Part shown: positions 16,544 through 24,790 of the stretch, one piece after another | Layout of the letters: the number at the start of each line of letters is the position of its first letter | Position numbering within the stretch: the first letter of the stretch is position 1 | DNA from: a virus | Taxonomy: Duplodnaviria > Heunggongvirae > Uroviricota > Caudoviricetes | Direction: 5' to 3' (one strand) | DNA length: 41,849 nt | IMG/VR virus record: IMGVR_UViG_3300027796_000011 | Coordinates: 1 to 41,849 of that record | Program-made: the position numbers and the translations under genes | Notes under the pieces: generated by a model | Database searches by the model: none | What the model was told of the DNA's origin: nothing | What the model saw: the letters and a program-made list of their open reading frames with translations, nothing else

Positions 16544-19168
16544 CTAGAGTTGATAGTCTTCAAGGGTTGCCAGGGTTTTACCTGTCTGGATATCCGACCC
16601 GAACGGGATGGGAAACTCAATCCCAAATTCTTTCTTAATCGGCGGGTTGACCATGCACTCATACAGGCGGGGTGCAAACGTCGGGATGAAGTCATCCCTA
16701 ACCATGTAGATAAGTTCGTCGTGGATGAAGCAAACCAACTTCGCTTTATCTTCACAGATGTTCTGTCTGTGGGCAGTCAACGCAGAGAACAAAACAGTAT
16801 CATTACTAGCAGACTGAATCGGCGTGTTGATTGCAGCCCGCTCATCTTCAGACCGTTTAGAGAAGTCCTTGGAGTTGATATTAGCAAGCCTACGAATAAA
16901 CCCATAGTCTGTACGGACAAACCCCTGCTCTTTGGCTTTAGCTATTTCGTCTCTATGCCATCCTTCTAGAGCGGGGTAAGCAGTGAAGAACCCTTTTCTA
17001 AAGGCTTCTGCCTCTGCGAGTGTGATCTTAACCCCGTACTCATCACGAGCATATGCTTGCAACTTTTTCGCCTGCATACCGAAGAGCAACCCGAAATTCA
17101 CAGCCTTCGCCTTGGTGCGGTAACTCTTCATCTCAGATGCAGACATATCCTGCGGGTTGCGTCCGTCCATAGCAATCAGCATTTCTGCTGTATGTGTGTG
17201 GACATCTTTGCCCTGCACGTACAGCCCTCGCAGAATCTCATCGAAGGCTCTGACAGCAGCCCAACGCAATTCTGCCTGTGAAGCATCGGCAGTGACGAAG
17301 GAGTAGCCGGGGTCAGCAATAATCAAAGAGCGAATGACATTGGCGATGTCTTTGTTACGCTTGGGAATCTGCTGCAAGTTGGGGTTGGAAACCGCAGTCC
17401 TACCCGTGGCTGTAGCACATTTACTGATGTTGGGATGGAACCGCCCATCAGGAAAGACGCATTTAGGAAAGCCATTGAGATAGGTGGAGTACAACTTCTG
17501 GTATGGTCCCCACTCTATGTAGGTTGAAATCAGTTCCTTGGCGGGATGGTCATCATCCAATTCATCCCGCATACGCACCAGGAGTTTCCGGCCCACCCCA
17601 TCCCCACCGGCAGGGGTCTTCTCCAGAGGATTGAGATTGAAGCCTTCCTTGGAAAACAAAACATCCCGCAGAAGGTCAGTACGAGACAGTTTAAGTCCCT
17701 TCTCCCGCTGGCGTTCAAGAACTTTTCTGGGCATGAGCGAGATGAACTTGTTCGTCTGCTGATTCAGGAAATCTGCCACCTTCTCTTTAGCGGCGGGAAG
17801 GCGTTCCTGGTCGAACAATACACCGTTCTTCTCAATCTCATAAAGCACTTCTGTCGTAACCGGATGCACCAACTTGATGTAGTATTCAGCAAGTCTCATG
17901 TCGGTACACAGACGATCTTTCAAGATAGTTGCACAATCAAAAGTAGAGGCAGTGTCACCACAAGCGTACTGCGAGTGTCTTTCGGGATTCTCTTTTGCAG
18001 CAGCAAGCATGTCAGACTTATCAACTTCCTGTGCAAACTTCGCTTTATGGTCAACACGATAAGGAGCAACTGCGGATTGAATGTCTTGCAAAGATGCTCT
18101 CTTGTACATGTCAGGATCGAGTGTGTGCATCACTGATTGGACATCAAGTGTGTACGCTTTGACTTCCTCCCGCTCAATGCCTAACTGACGAAAACGATGA
18201 AGGTCATAGTTACCGTTCATCATGTACTTTTTGATGGTCGGGTCGGAAAGAATCGTGCGAAGTTCTTCCACCTTTTCATCATAGTGTGCTGCTTTCTTCA
18301 CAAAAACATCAACAAGTTCTTCCTTCCTCCCCACTTTACGGGGCCATTTGATAACAAGTTCATGTTCCCCTTCCACCACCTCTGTAGCCAGCCAGATATT
18401 GTATCCATTGGTCGGGCTGGTACTCACAGAGTACGAAATCACAATGGAGTTGGGGTTGGCGAAGTCCTTCCCCTGCGTCTCCGTGTCCACCGCAACCGCT
18501 TCAGGATTTGAAGCGATTAGAGATTTAATCGACTCAACGTCACGATAATCCAGTTCTCCTGTTTCCATCAACTGATATCCGTTCTTCATGAACTGGAACA
18601 TCTGGGAGATGTCTGGACGCCACTTTGCAAACTGCTTCTGGTCACGGAGGCAGAAACCAGTGGCATACGTTGGCATGACCCAACACTGAAAGTCTTCTGA
18701 ATACTGGAGCATCCCGCGACGTTTGGAGATGCCTGTCTGGTTGAGGACTTGCTTGAAAGCAGTATCCCCAAGGGTGAGGATCATTTTGGGTTGGAGGTGC
18801 TTGAGAACATCATTAACGTAAGGCTTACAATGCTCAAGCACACTCTTCACCAGTTTCTTGTTCTGCTTCTCTTCAATGGTCAGGTGGCAACGGTGAGCAG
18901 GCATGTAATACGCCTTGTTGCCATCAAATCCGTTGGCAGCAAGCTCGTTGGCAAGTACAGTACGCTGATCCCCGGTCATTATTAGGCTCTTAGCCAAGTC
19001 CTCTGCCGATGGCCCGTCAGTCACCACCACAATTTCGGGGTGGTCTGTATTACCGAATCCTTTGAGATTGGTGAACAGACCCTCCCCGACCTTGCGACGG
19101 TATGGACCCAAAACAGGAACCTTCTCTTTTCCGATCTTTTCAAAGAGCGGACATCCCTCGCAGTGCAT
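16544..19168 (-). CDS. polA: Family A DNA polymerase with N-terminal family-4 UDG-like domain and 3'-5' exonuclease (874 aa)
   Basis: CEGC...HRC...HC Fe-S pattern; Exo I DTE, Exo II NGNYD, Exo III YACGD; PNLQQIP, ADASQAELR, KAVNFGLLFG, IHDE; ATG 19168 with AGGAGG RBS. Confidence 0.95.
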   Translation of the reverse strand: MHCEGCPLFEKIGKEKVPVLGPYRRKVGEGLFTNLKGFGNTDHPEIVVVTDGPSAEDLAKSLIMTGDQRTVLANELAANGFDGNKAYYMPAHRCHLTIEEKQNKKLVKSVLEHCKPYVNDVLKHLQPKMILTLGDTAFKQVLNQTGISKRRGMLQYSEDFQCWVMPTYATGFCLRDQKQFAKWRPDISQMFQFMKNGYQLMETGELDYRDVESIKSLIASNPEAVAVDTETQGKDFANPNSIVISYSVSTSPTNGYNIWLATEVVEGEHELVIKWPRKVGRKEELVDVFVKKAAHYDEKVEELRTILSDPTIKKYMMNGNYDLHRFRQLGIEREEVKAYTLDVQSVMHTLDPDMYKRASLQDIQSAVAPYRVDHKAKFAQEVDKSDMLAAAKENPERHSQYACGDTASTFDCATILKDRLCTDMRLAEYYIKLVHPVTTEVLYEIEKNGVLFDQERLPAAKEKVADFLNQQTNKFISLMPRKVLERQREKGLKLSRTDLLRDVLFSKEGFNLNPLEKTPAGGDGVGRKLLVRMRDELDDDHPAKELISTYIEWGPYQKLYSTYLNGFPKCVFPDGRFHPNISKCATATGRTAVSNPNLQQIPKRNKDIANVIRSLIIADPGYSFVTADASQAELRWAAVRAFDEILRGLYVQGKDVHTHTAEMLIAMDGRNPQDMSASEMKSYRTKAKAVNFGLLFGMQAKKLQAYARDEYGVKITLAEAEAFRKGFFTAYPALEGWHRDEIAKAKEQGFVRTDYGFIRRLANINSKDFSKRSEDERAAINTPIQSASNDTVLFSALTAHRQNICEDKAKLVCFIHDELIYMVRDDFIPTFAPRLYECMVNPPIKKEFGIEFPIPFGSDIQTGKTLATLEDYQL

Positions 19169-19192
19169 ATATTCCCTCCTAGTGTCAAAGGG

Positions 19193-19222
19193 ATAATATA
19201 CATCATTTTCGAGATTTGTCAA
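19193..19222 (-). promoter_or_regulatory. sigma70 promoter for polA
   Basis: TTGACA (19222-19217) with TATATT at 16 nt or TATTAT at 18 nt. Confidence 0.65.
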
Positions 19223-19245
19223 GGTAAAATGGGGACTTTTCTTGG

Positions 19246-19265
19246 TTTTGAAGTCAACTTCAAAA
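19246..19265. promoter_or_regulatory. Extended palindromic site TTTTGAAG-TCAA-CTTCAAAA
   Basis: 8-4-8 perfect inverted repeat containing TGMARTYRAYTKCA, upstream of the polA promoter. Confidence 0.75.
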
Positions 19266-19266
19266 A

Positions 19267-19542
19267 CTATTTCTCTGCCACGGGCAGGGTGACGGTCTGC
19301 TCCATCTTTCTTCCGTTGGCAGTGGTGACTGCACACTTAACGCTGTACTTCTGTTTTGCCGTCCCGCCAGACAGCCAGACAACCGCTTTGGTGGTGTCGT
19401 TTGTCTGACTCATTTTTGTAATGCCTGTGGGAACAGTCCAGGTAACTGCGGAAATGGTGTCCCCTGTGACAAGACGGGCAGCCCAATCAACAGTGTAGTC
19501 CAATTCTTCTTCGGGGTCTTTAGAAGGCCATAACAGTGCCAT
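19267..19542 (-). CDS. Small virion protein, fibre-adaptor-like (KDP..LDY..DW family)
   Basis: KDPEEELDYTVDW...VWLSGG...Y...C.VTT..GR pattern of small beta-sandwich phage structural proteins. Confidence 0.7.
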   Translation of the reverse strand: MALLWPSKDPEEELDYTVDWAARLVTGDTISAVTWTVPTGITKMSQTNDTTKAVVWLSGGTAKQKYSVKCAVTTANGRKMEQTVTLPVAEK

Positions 19543-19553
19543 ATCTTAACTCC

Positions 19554-19829
19554 TTACGCTTGAACGGTTCTATTTTCAGAGGATACAGAAACAGAGCGTG
19601 TTTCCGACCCGACAACCACGACTCTAACTTCTTCACCTAGGGTTACTACCCTGTTTTCCATATCAACCTCTGCTAGTTGTAGGTATCCAGAATCCCCCTC
19701 CCCCACTGCACCGTTGGTGCCCGACACAGCGGGGGGAGGGACTTCTAAAGCCCTGGAAGCGGAAACCACGATAGTGATTATTCTATCGCCGCCGCCAGTA
19801 GCCATAAAAGCGGGAAGGAGAACGCTCAT
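19554..19829 (-). CDS. Hypothetical virion protein
   Basis: C-terminal (E/N)R.V.V repeats; coupled to neighbours. Confidence 0.6.
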   Translation of the reverse strand: MSVLLPAFMATGGGDRIITIVVSASRALEVPPPAVSGTNGAVGEGDSGYLQLAEVDMENRVVTLGEEVRVVVVGSETRSVSVSSENRTVQA

Positions 19830-21022
19830 AAAGGAGTCCTAGTCGTACCATCCAAGCTCAAGTCAAAGGAGAATATGGGTGTAACACCGTCGTCTTCGTA
19901 GATAGTGATACGCTGTCCACCTTCAGCGGTTACTGTGATTATTGCTTTATTGACGGATGCTTTTCTTGCTGAAGAAGACTCTTCCGCCGCTTGTTGTAAC
20001 CAGTTCTCTTGCTCTGTCGTAAGTCCTCCAGCCCCTCCATCATTTATCTTCTTGCCCATAGTACCTGTGACAGTGAAGGCTTCTGCTTGGCAAGACCACA
20101 CAGCATCCGCTAACGCCTGTGGGGACAACTCTGTGTAAGGTAGGGCAGACCCCACCATATGCCCCAGAGCATAGGGGTCGAGATTGCCAGAAAAGGACAT
20201 ACCAGCAAATGCTGTCCTAGCAGGAGGTGAATCATCCAAAGGTAACATGGCAGCCGTTCCCGTAACAGTGAGCGTGGACGTAGCATTTCGTGCGGGAGGG
20301 GAGTCATTAACAGGCAGTATGTTCACTACAGGGACATTTAGGTGTATAGTGCCCGTAGCGGTGTATAGTTGGATTTCCATGTTCAACGGACGCGGGGTGG
20401 CTTCCCCGTATATAGAAACTTGAGCAGAACCATCTGCATCAAGCACCGCCCCCAACAGAGCAGTTGTGAGCATCCCTATAAGTGCCTCACCACTACGACT
20501 AGGGGGAGAATCGTCTAGAGGATAGGCATCAGCGTCACATACCAACTCTAATTGGGAGTGCCCTGTGCGGGCAGGAGGAGAATCGTCTAGGGGGAGGATG
20601 TTTGCGGTAGCACTAAATGTTATTGCAGAGGAACCAGCCCCTTTGACGTTTGCTTCGAGTTTAATGCTACCGGGCTGCATGGTTATGGTACAGGTGCCGG
20701 TGCCCCAAGCAATCAACTGCCCGTCTAAAGAGGCAGGGGTTATGCTCAAGGCAATAACGCCCGTGATCGGGACGCCCATCAGGCCGTTGGCGGTGGCCGT
20801 GATCGTGTTGCTGAAAACGCGCCCACACAGGTCGCCGCCTGTGATCGGTGGCACGAACCCGGACATGCCGTAGCCCACCGGCACAGCCGACTGCCGCCGG
20901 ACACCCGCCCATCCGGTGTAGGCCGCGAGGCCGTCGCCGTTGAGACGGTGCGGCTCGAAGGAGGTGAACCCCGTGTCCAAGGTTTGCGCGGTGCGGAGAT
21001 AGTTGCCGTTTGCGATCAACAT
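19826..21022 (-). CDS. Putative virion structural protein with four PLDDSPPAR repeats
   Basis: 398 aa, Ala/Gly/Thr-rich beta content, internal repeats. Confidence 0.7.
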   Translation of the reverse strand: MLIANGNYLRTAQTLDTGFTSFEPHRLNGDGLAAYTGWAGVRRQSAVPVGYGMSGFVPPITGGDLCGRVFSNTITATANGLMGVPITGVIALSITPASLDGQLIAWGTGTCTITMQPGSIKLEANVKGAGSSAITFSATANILPLDDSPPARTGHSQLELVCDADAYPLDDSPPSRSGEALIGMLTTALLGAVLDADGSAQVSIYGEATPRPLNMEIQLYTATGTIHLNVPVVNILPVNDSPPARNATSTLTVTGTAAMLPLDDSPPARTAFAGMSFSGNLDPYALGHMVGSALPYTELSPQALADAVWSCQAEAFTVTGTMGKKINDGGAGGLTTEQENWLQQAAEESSSARKASVNKAIITVTAEGGQRITIYEDDGVTPIFSFDLSLDGTTRTPL

Positions 21023-21025
21023 GGA

Positions 21026-22138
21026 TTAACCCCAGGCCGTCTCAAGATACCCGTAAAGGCTTGTCGCCGCAGTGGTTGCGCCGCCAGCGTACATCAGGAA
21101 GTCCAAGCACGCACCGTCGTAAATGCGCGGGAGCGACGGCATCTGGAACATTAAATTGCGCTCACTCGCGACGCCCGCTGCCGGGATCGGAATGGAGGCA
21201 ATCGGACGGGCCAGCACCAGCGCGGCGGCAGCAGACGCCCCCGTGTAGGCCGTGCCGCCAGAGAAGGTGAACGACTGCACCGAACGGATGCCCGTGTCAC
21301 CGGCCTGGAGCGGGATGAAGTTCAGCTTGTTCGCACCAGCAGCCGTGTGGATGATCTGTCCGGCGGGGGGAGTCGCGTTCATCGACAGCGTGGCAATCGG
21401 GCATTTGCAACCGGATGTGCCTGCTTGGTTGGTGTAGGTGAACTCGGTCAGGTTCGGCCCGCCAGCCGTCGCGGCGACGGTGGAGACGAAGAAGGCCCGC
21501 ACCCCGGCCCCGGTGGCGTAACGCGGCAGGGTGATGGTGTTGACCAGGGTACGCTGCGACGTGCTTATAAGGTCGGCGGACGCAATCGGATAGTACAGGA
21601 GGTGGTCCATCAACATGAGCCAGGACGGCCCATAAGCAGCGGCAGTCACAGCCGCGCCCAGGTTGACGAGGTGCTTCTGGTCGGTGGAAACGTCGCCGCC
21701 ATGCCAGATGGTCGGGAAAGCACATGTCAAGGTGGGCGTTCCGGTGCTGGAGCCACCCGTGACTGCCGAGATCGTGAACGATGTCCCCGCGCTGATAGCC
21801 GTGATAAAGGCGTTGGCCGGGATTGTGACCGTGCCCGCCGACCCGGAAACCAGCATCCCGATGGCAAGCCCGGAGGTCTGCGTGGTTGAGATTGTCGCGC
21901 TGGCGGCGGTGGCCGTGCCCGTGGTGATGTTGACCGGCGTGGAGGACATCGCCACAGCGGTCTTGGTCGTGCCGCCGAAGAGGAACGCCGGGGGCGTGCC
22001 TCCAGCAGGCAGGAGGCTGTACCAGACCGACGCAACCTGAGCAGCGGCGTTGGTCACGCGGGCGAAATCCTGACGCCACATCTTGCCTTGTGTCGTGACT
22101 TCAGACACAAAATCGTCTATTGAACTGAATCCAGCCAT
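21026..22138 (-). CDS. Putative virion structural protein (paralogue B)
   Basis: Shares MxGFxxxD..GK.W, L.D...Y.P and DGA.L.F motifs with 22151-23032; extra Thr/Ser-rich beta insert. Confidence 0.75.
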   Translation of the reverse strand: MAGFSSIDDFVSEVTTQGKMWRQDFARVTNAAAQVASVWYSLLPAGGTPPAFLFGGTTKTAVAMSSTPVNITTGTATAASATISTTQTSGLAIGMLVSGSAGTVTIPANAFITAISAGTSFTISAVTGGSSTGTPTLTCAFPTIWHGGDVSTDQKHLVNLGAAVTAAAYGPSWLMLMDHLLYYPIASADLISTSQRTLVNTITLPRYATGAGVRAFFVSTVAATAGGPNLTEFTYTNQAGTSGCKCPIATLSMNATPPAGQIIHTAAGANKLNFIPLQAGDTGIRSVQSFTFSGGTAYTGASAAAALVLARPIASIPIPAAGVASERNLMFQMPSLPRIYDGACLDFLMYAGGATTAATSLYGYLETAWG

Positions 22139-22150
22139 GTTGTATCTCCT

Positions 22151-23032
22151 TTAGGACCACACGAAAGTGAGTTCTGCCGCGCTCAAAGGAGTCGTGGCGG
22201 ATGTTGAACGTGCGATAAAATTCAGGTATGCACCGTCTCCAACCTGTGACAAGAAGCCCTTCTCAAGTGTAAAATCGATCTCGTTGACGGTTTGTGTGGC
22301 GTTGTAAGACGGCGCACCTGCCGCCCAAGAGTTTGCGTTTGGGTACATAGTCGGGATATGCACAACAGGTTTGACCCACACCAGGGCGAAGACGCCGCCC
22401 ACCGCAGACTCAAGTTGGATTCCCGTTACAGTTGACGGGAAATCGCCAGGATGCAACTTGATGAAAGGGTCATCCAGACCAGCCGACGAACTGTATGACG
22501 AAAGCACAGACCCCGGGGCAAGCGAGAAGCCCGCAAGATTGCGTGGAGATGTCCGCTCCATGCCGTGCTGGTTGACGTAGGTGATCGTGAAATAGGCACT
22601 GCCCGTGCCTGCGCCCTGGCCGACCAGCATCAGCCGGATGCCATTCCCTCCAGCGTGGCGGGCATACGCCAATTGCGATATACCCTGCACGCCGGTTTCG
22701 TCGCCGTCCAAGAAAGGCACGTACATTTCGTAATCCAGCAAAACATACGCCACCCCCGCGCTCGTCGCGGTGCCAGACATCGAGATGCTTTTGACATACT
22801 TTCGGGCCGGGGCGACATCCGGCCCGTGGTAGATACCGTCCACCGCAGCCAGCCTACTGCACACACCGGGTGCGCTGGCGTAGTAGTTCGCAGGGGGGCC
22901 GCCGCCTCCATAAGACATGTCCACGAAGTTGTACTGCGATAACGCGGGCGCAGTACGTCGCCACATGGAAGTCCATGCCTTCCCGGCCTCAAGAGCGCGG
23001 GTTATCTCGTCAACGGCGTTGAATCCTGGCAT
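22151..23032 (-). CDS. Putative virion structural protein (paralogue A)
   Basis: See paralogue B; tightly packed operon. Confidence 0.75.
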   Translation of the reverse strand: MPGFNAVDEITRALEAGKAWTSMWRRTAPALSQYNFVDMSYGGGGPPANYYASAPGVCSRLAAVDGIYHGPDVAPARKYVKSISMSGTATSAGVAYVLLDYEMYVPFLDGDETGVQGISQLAYARHAGGNGIRLMLVGQGAGTGSAYFTITYVNQHGMERTSPRNLAGFSLAPGSVLSSYSSSAGLDDPFIKLHPGDFPSTVTGIQLESAVGGVFALVWVKPVVHIPTMYPNANSWAAGAPSYNATQTVNEIDFTLEKGFLSQVGDGAYLNFIARSTSATTPLSAAELTFVWS

Positions 23033-23035
23033 GGC

Positions 23036-23440
23036 CTAGTCCGCTCCAACGCTCAAGGCCCCAATGGCGAACTGCGGCTGAATGCCAGCACTCACGTTCA
23101 GCGTTGCGGACAACGCACCACTCACGAGCATCGCAACGGCCCCGCTTGCGGTGTCCACCACGGCGAAATGCGTGACGGCGTTCGTCCCGGCAGTGCAAGC
23201 CCCGAACTGGATCAGCGCGGCATTGGTGAAAGTCGAGCCACCATCAGTCCAGGCGGAAGCCTTGGTCAACGCAACACGAGCGTAGCCGGTGTAGGTGGCC
23301 TCGTTGGCAATGCTACCGGCCTCGCCCGGGTCAGCAGTGAACAGCGCAAGGTACTGCGTGGCCCCGGTACGCCAGGAGGGGTCTTCCCCACCAAGAACCA
23401 TGCTCAAAACCGCATTTTCAGTATCATTGGACATAGACAT
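23036..23440 (-). CDS. Small fibre-associated virion protein (YLALFTADPGEAG family)
   Basis: MSNDTENAVL...YLALFTADPGE...E..Y.GYARV...I.F pattern common in phage fibre modules. Confidence 0.75.
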   Translation of the reverse strand: MSMSNDTENAVLSMVLGGEDPSWRTGATQYLALFTADPGEAGSIANEATYTGYARVALTKASAWTDGGSTFTNAALIQFGACTAGTNAVTHFAVVDTASGAVAMLVSGALSATLNVSAGIQPQFAIGALSVGAD

Positions 23441-23465
23441 GCTAGAGTCTCCTGTTTAAGATGGT

Positions 23466-23479
23466 TGAAGTTAATTTCA
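23466..23479. promoter_or_regulatory. Palindromic operator-like site TGAAGTTAATTTCA
   Basis: Perfect match in the 43-nt gap between endolysin and the appendage module. Confidence 0.7.
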
Positions 23480-23483
23480 AAAA

Positions 23484-24062
23484 CTAAAGGGCAAATATTA
23501 AAGCCTCCAAGTCAGCACAACGTCTGAACCAGCCTTTCTTGAACTTCTGAAGCACGGGGTTATTGGCTATGATGCTGTTGTAGAACTTCCGCCTTTCCTC
23601 GATGAAACGTATGGCAAATGTCCTATCTGCTTCCGGGTTGGAACAGATAGCCTTTACAGCCTTTATGGTTTTAGGCCCGATCTTGCCGTCAATGGCTACC
23701 GTATGCCCAGAGTAGAAGTTACAAATCTGCTGAAGGATGCGGGACGCCCTCCCGCCACCGGCGTTGATAGCCGTGTCATAGAAGACGATGGACGCAAAAA
23801 ACGGGAAGGAATCAAGATCGTAGTTATCCCAGAAGAAGTCTTTGTAGAGACGAAGCGCATCCTCTTTGGTCAGATGCTTGATGTCAGCCTTATCAATGTC
23901 TCCATCACCGTCGATATCTCCATCTTTAAGAGGTAGACCAGATAGAAACCGAAGACTGATACCCATATTAGTAGCCCCACCAGAATCTCCAGCCACATCA
24001 CAATAGCCGCCTTCCCACTTGAAGACAAAATCTTGTGCGAGTTCATAGCTACTCTTGTCCAT
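23484..24062 (-). CDS. Endolysin, glycoside hydrolase family 108 with C-terminal peptidoglycan-binding domain
   Basis: WEGGY...D.GG.TN.GIS; FYDTAINAG; DGKIGPKT; F.KGW..R. Confidence 0.92.
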   Translation of the reverse strand: MDKSSYELAQDFVFKWEGGYCDVAGDSGGATNMGISLRFLSGLPLKDGDIDGDGDIDKADIKHLTKEDALRLYKDFFWDNYDLDSFPFFASIVFYDTAINAGGGRASRILQQICNFYSGHTVAIDGKIGPKTIKAVKAICSNPEADRTFAIRFIEERRKFYNSIIANNPVLQKFKKGWFRRCADLEALIFAL

Positions 24063-24074
24063 CTTACACCCCCA

Positions 24075-24335
24075 CTATTCATTGGTGGTTTTATCAAGTT
24101 CTTCGTACTTTTTGCTTACAACCTTGAAGAGGATAGCTATGACAGAGGTTGCCAAAGTGCTTACCTCCCCAATCCCTAGTGGGATGAAAGTCTGGGACAT
24201 AAGAGAAAGATATGCCCAAATAGACAGAATGAGAGTAGATGCCAAGACACAATAAGCAACAACGCCAGCCACAAGGATTCTCGTAGACGATGGGTTGCCA
24301 TTATCATCCTCAAACACCTGTCTCCAGAAGCCCAT
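24075..24335 (-). CDS. Holin (two predicted TM helices)
   Basis: 86 aa, GNPSSTR then two hydrophobic helices and charged C-tail, directly before endolysin. Confidence 0.7.
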   Translation of the reverse strand: MGFWRQVFEDDNGNPSSTRILVAGVVAYCVLASTLILSIWAYLSLMSQTFIPLGIGEVSTLATSVIAILFKVVSKKYEELDKTTNE

Positions 24336-24790
24336 TACTTCACCCCTATCTGGTCAAGTGTGTATTTCAGGTAGCCAAACATGGTCAGCCCTATTGCCGA
24401 TATAGCAGTGCCCAACCACAGCACTTTCTTGTAAGCTGCGTGCATCTCTTTGACGGGGGTGGACGCCTCTTCCACGGCCTCTTTGAGGCTCTTCAGGAGG
24501 TCTTCCTCCCGCCTGATTTCGCGCTCTACAGCCAGGGCGGTGCGGGAAGAGCACTCTCTGTCATGTGTCTGGAAACACACAGAAATGGTTTCTTCATGCT
24601 CACCGATATGCTCTTTCAGTAGTTTTCGGATGTCCTCATTTTCGGGGACGGTATCCAGGGTTTCCAGTATTCTCACAACGCTGTTAGAGATGCCTGCCAA
24701 TGCTTGGGTGTTTCTAGCCACCTCTTGGGCCAGGGAATCTGTAACCTCCTTCACTAGAGAAAGGAGTTGCCGTGCCTGCTCAATATCCAC
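24335..24790 (-). CDS. Coiled-coil protein with C-terminal membrane anchor (lysis-cassette accessory)
   Basis: 151 aa, helical N-part, KKVLWLGTAISAIGLTMFGYLK TM; TAGTG and TAATG overlaps with neighbours. Confidence 0.75.
   Translation of the reverse strand: MDIEQARQLLSLVKEVTDSLAQEVARNTQALAGISNSVVRILETLDTVPENEDIRKLLKEHIGEHEETISVCFQTHDRECSSRTALAVEREIRREEDLLKSLKEAVEEASTPVKEMHAAYKKVLWLGTAISAIGLTMFGYLKYTLDQIGVK

Noticed and set aside
1694-19336. Longer ORF-track starts for initiator (1694), loader (2763), helicase (7742), 9671, int (11501), 14448, 15182, portal (16755) and polA (19336)
   Set aside because: They overlap promoters or upstream genes; downstream starts have strong RBS
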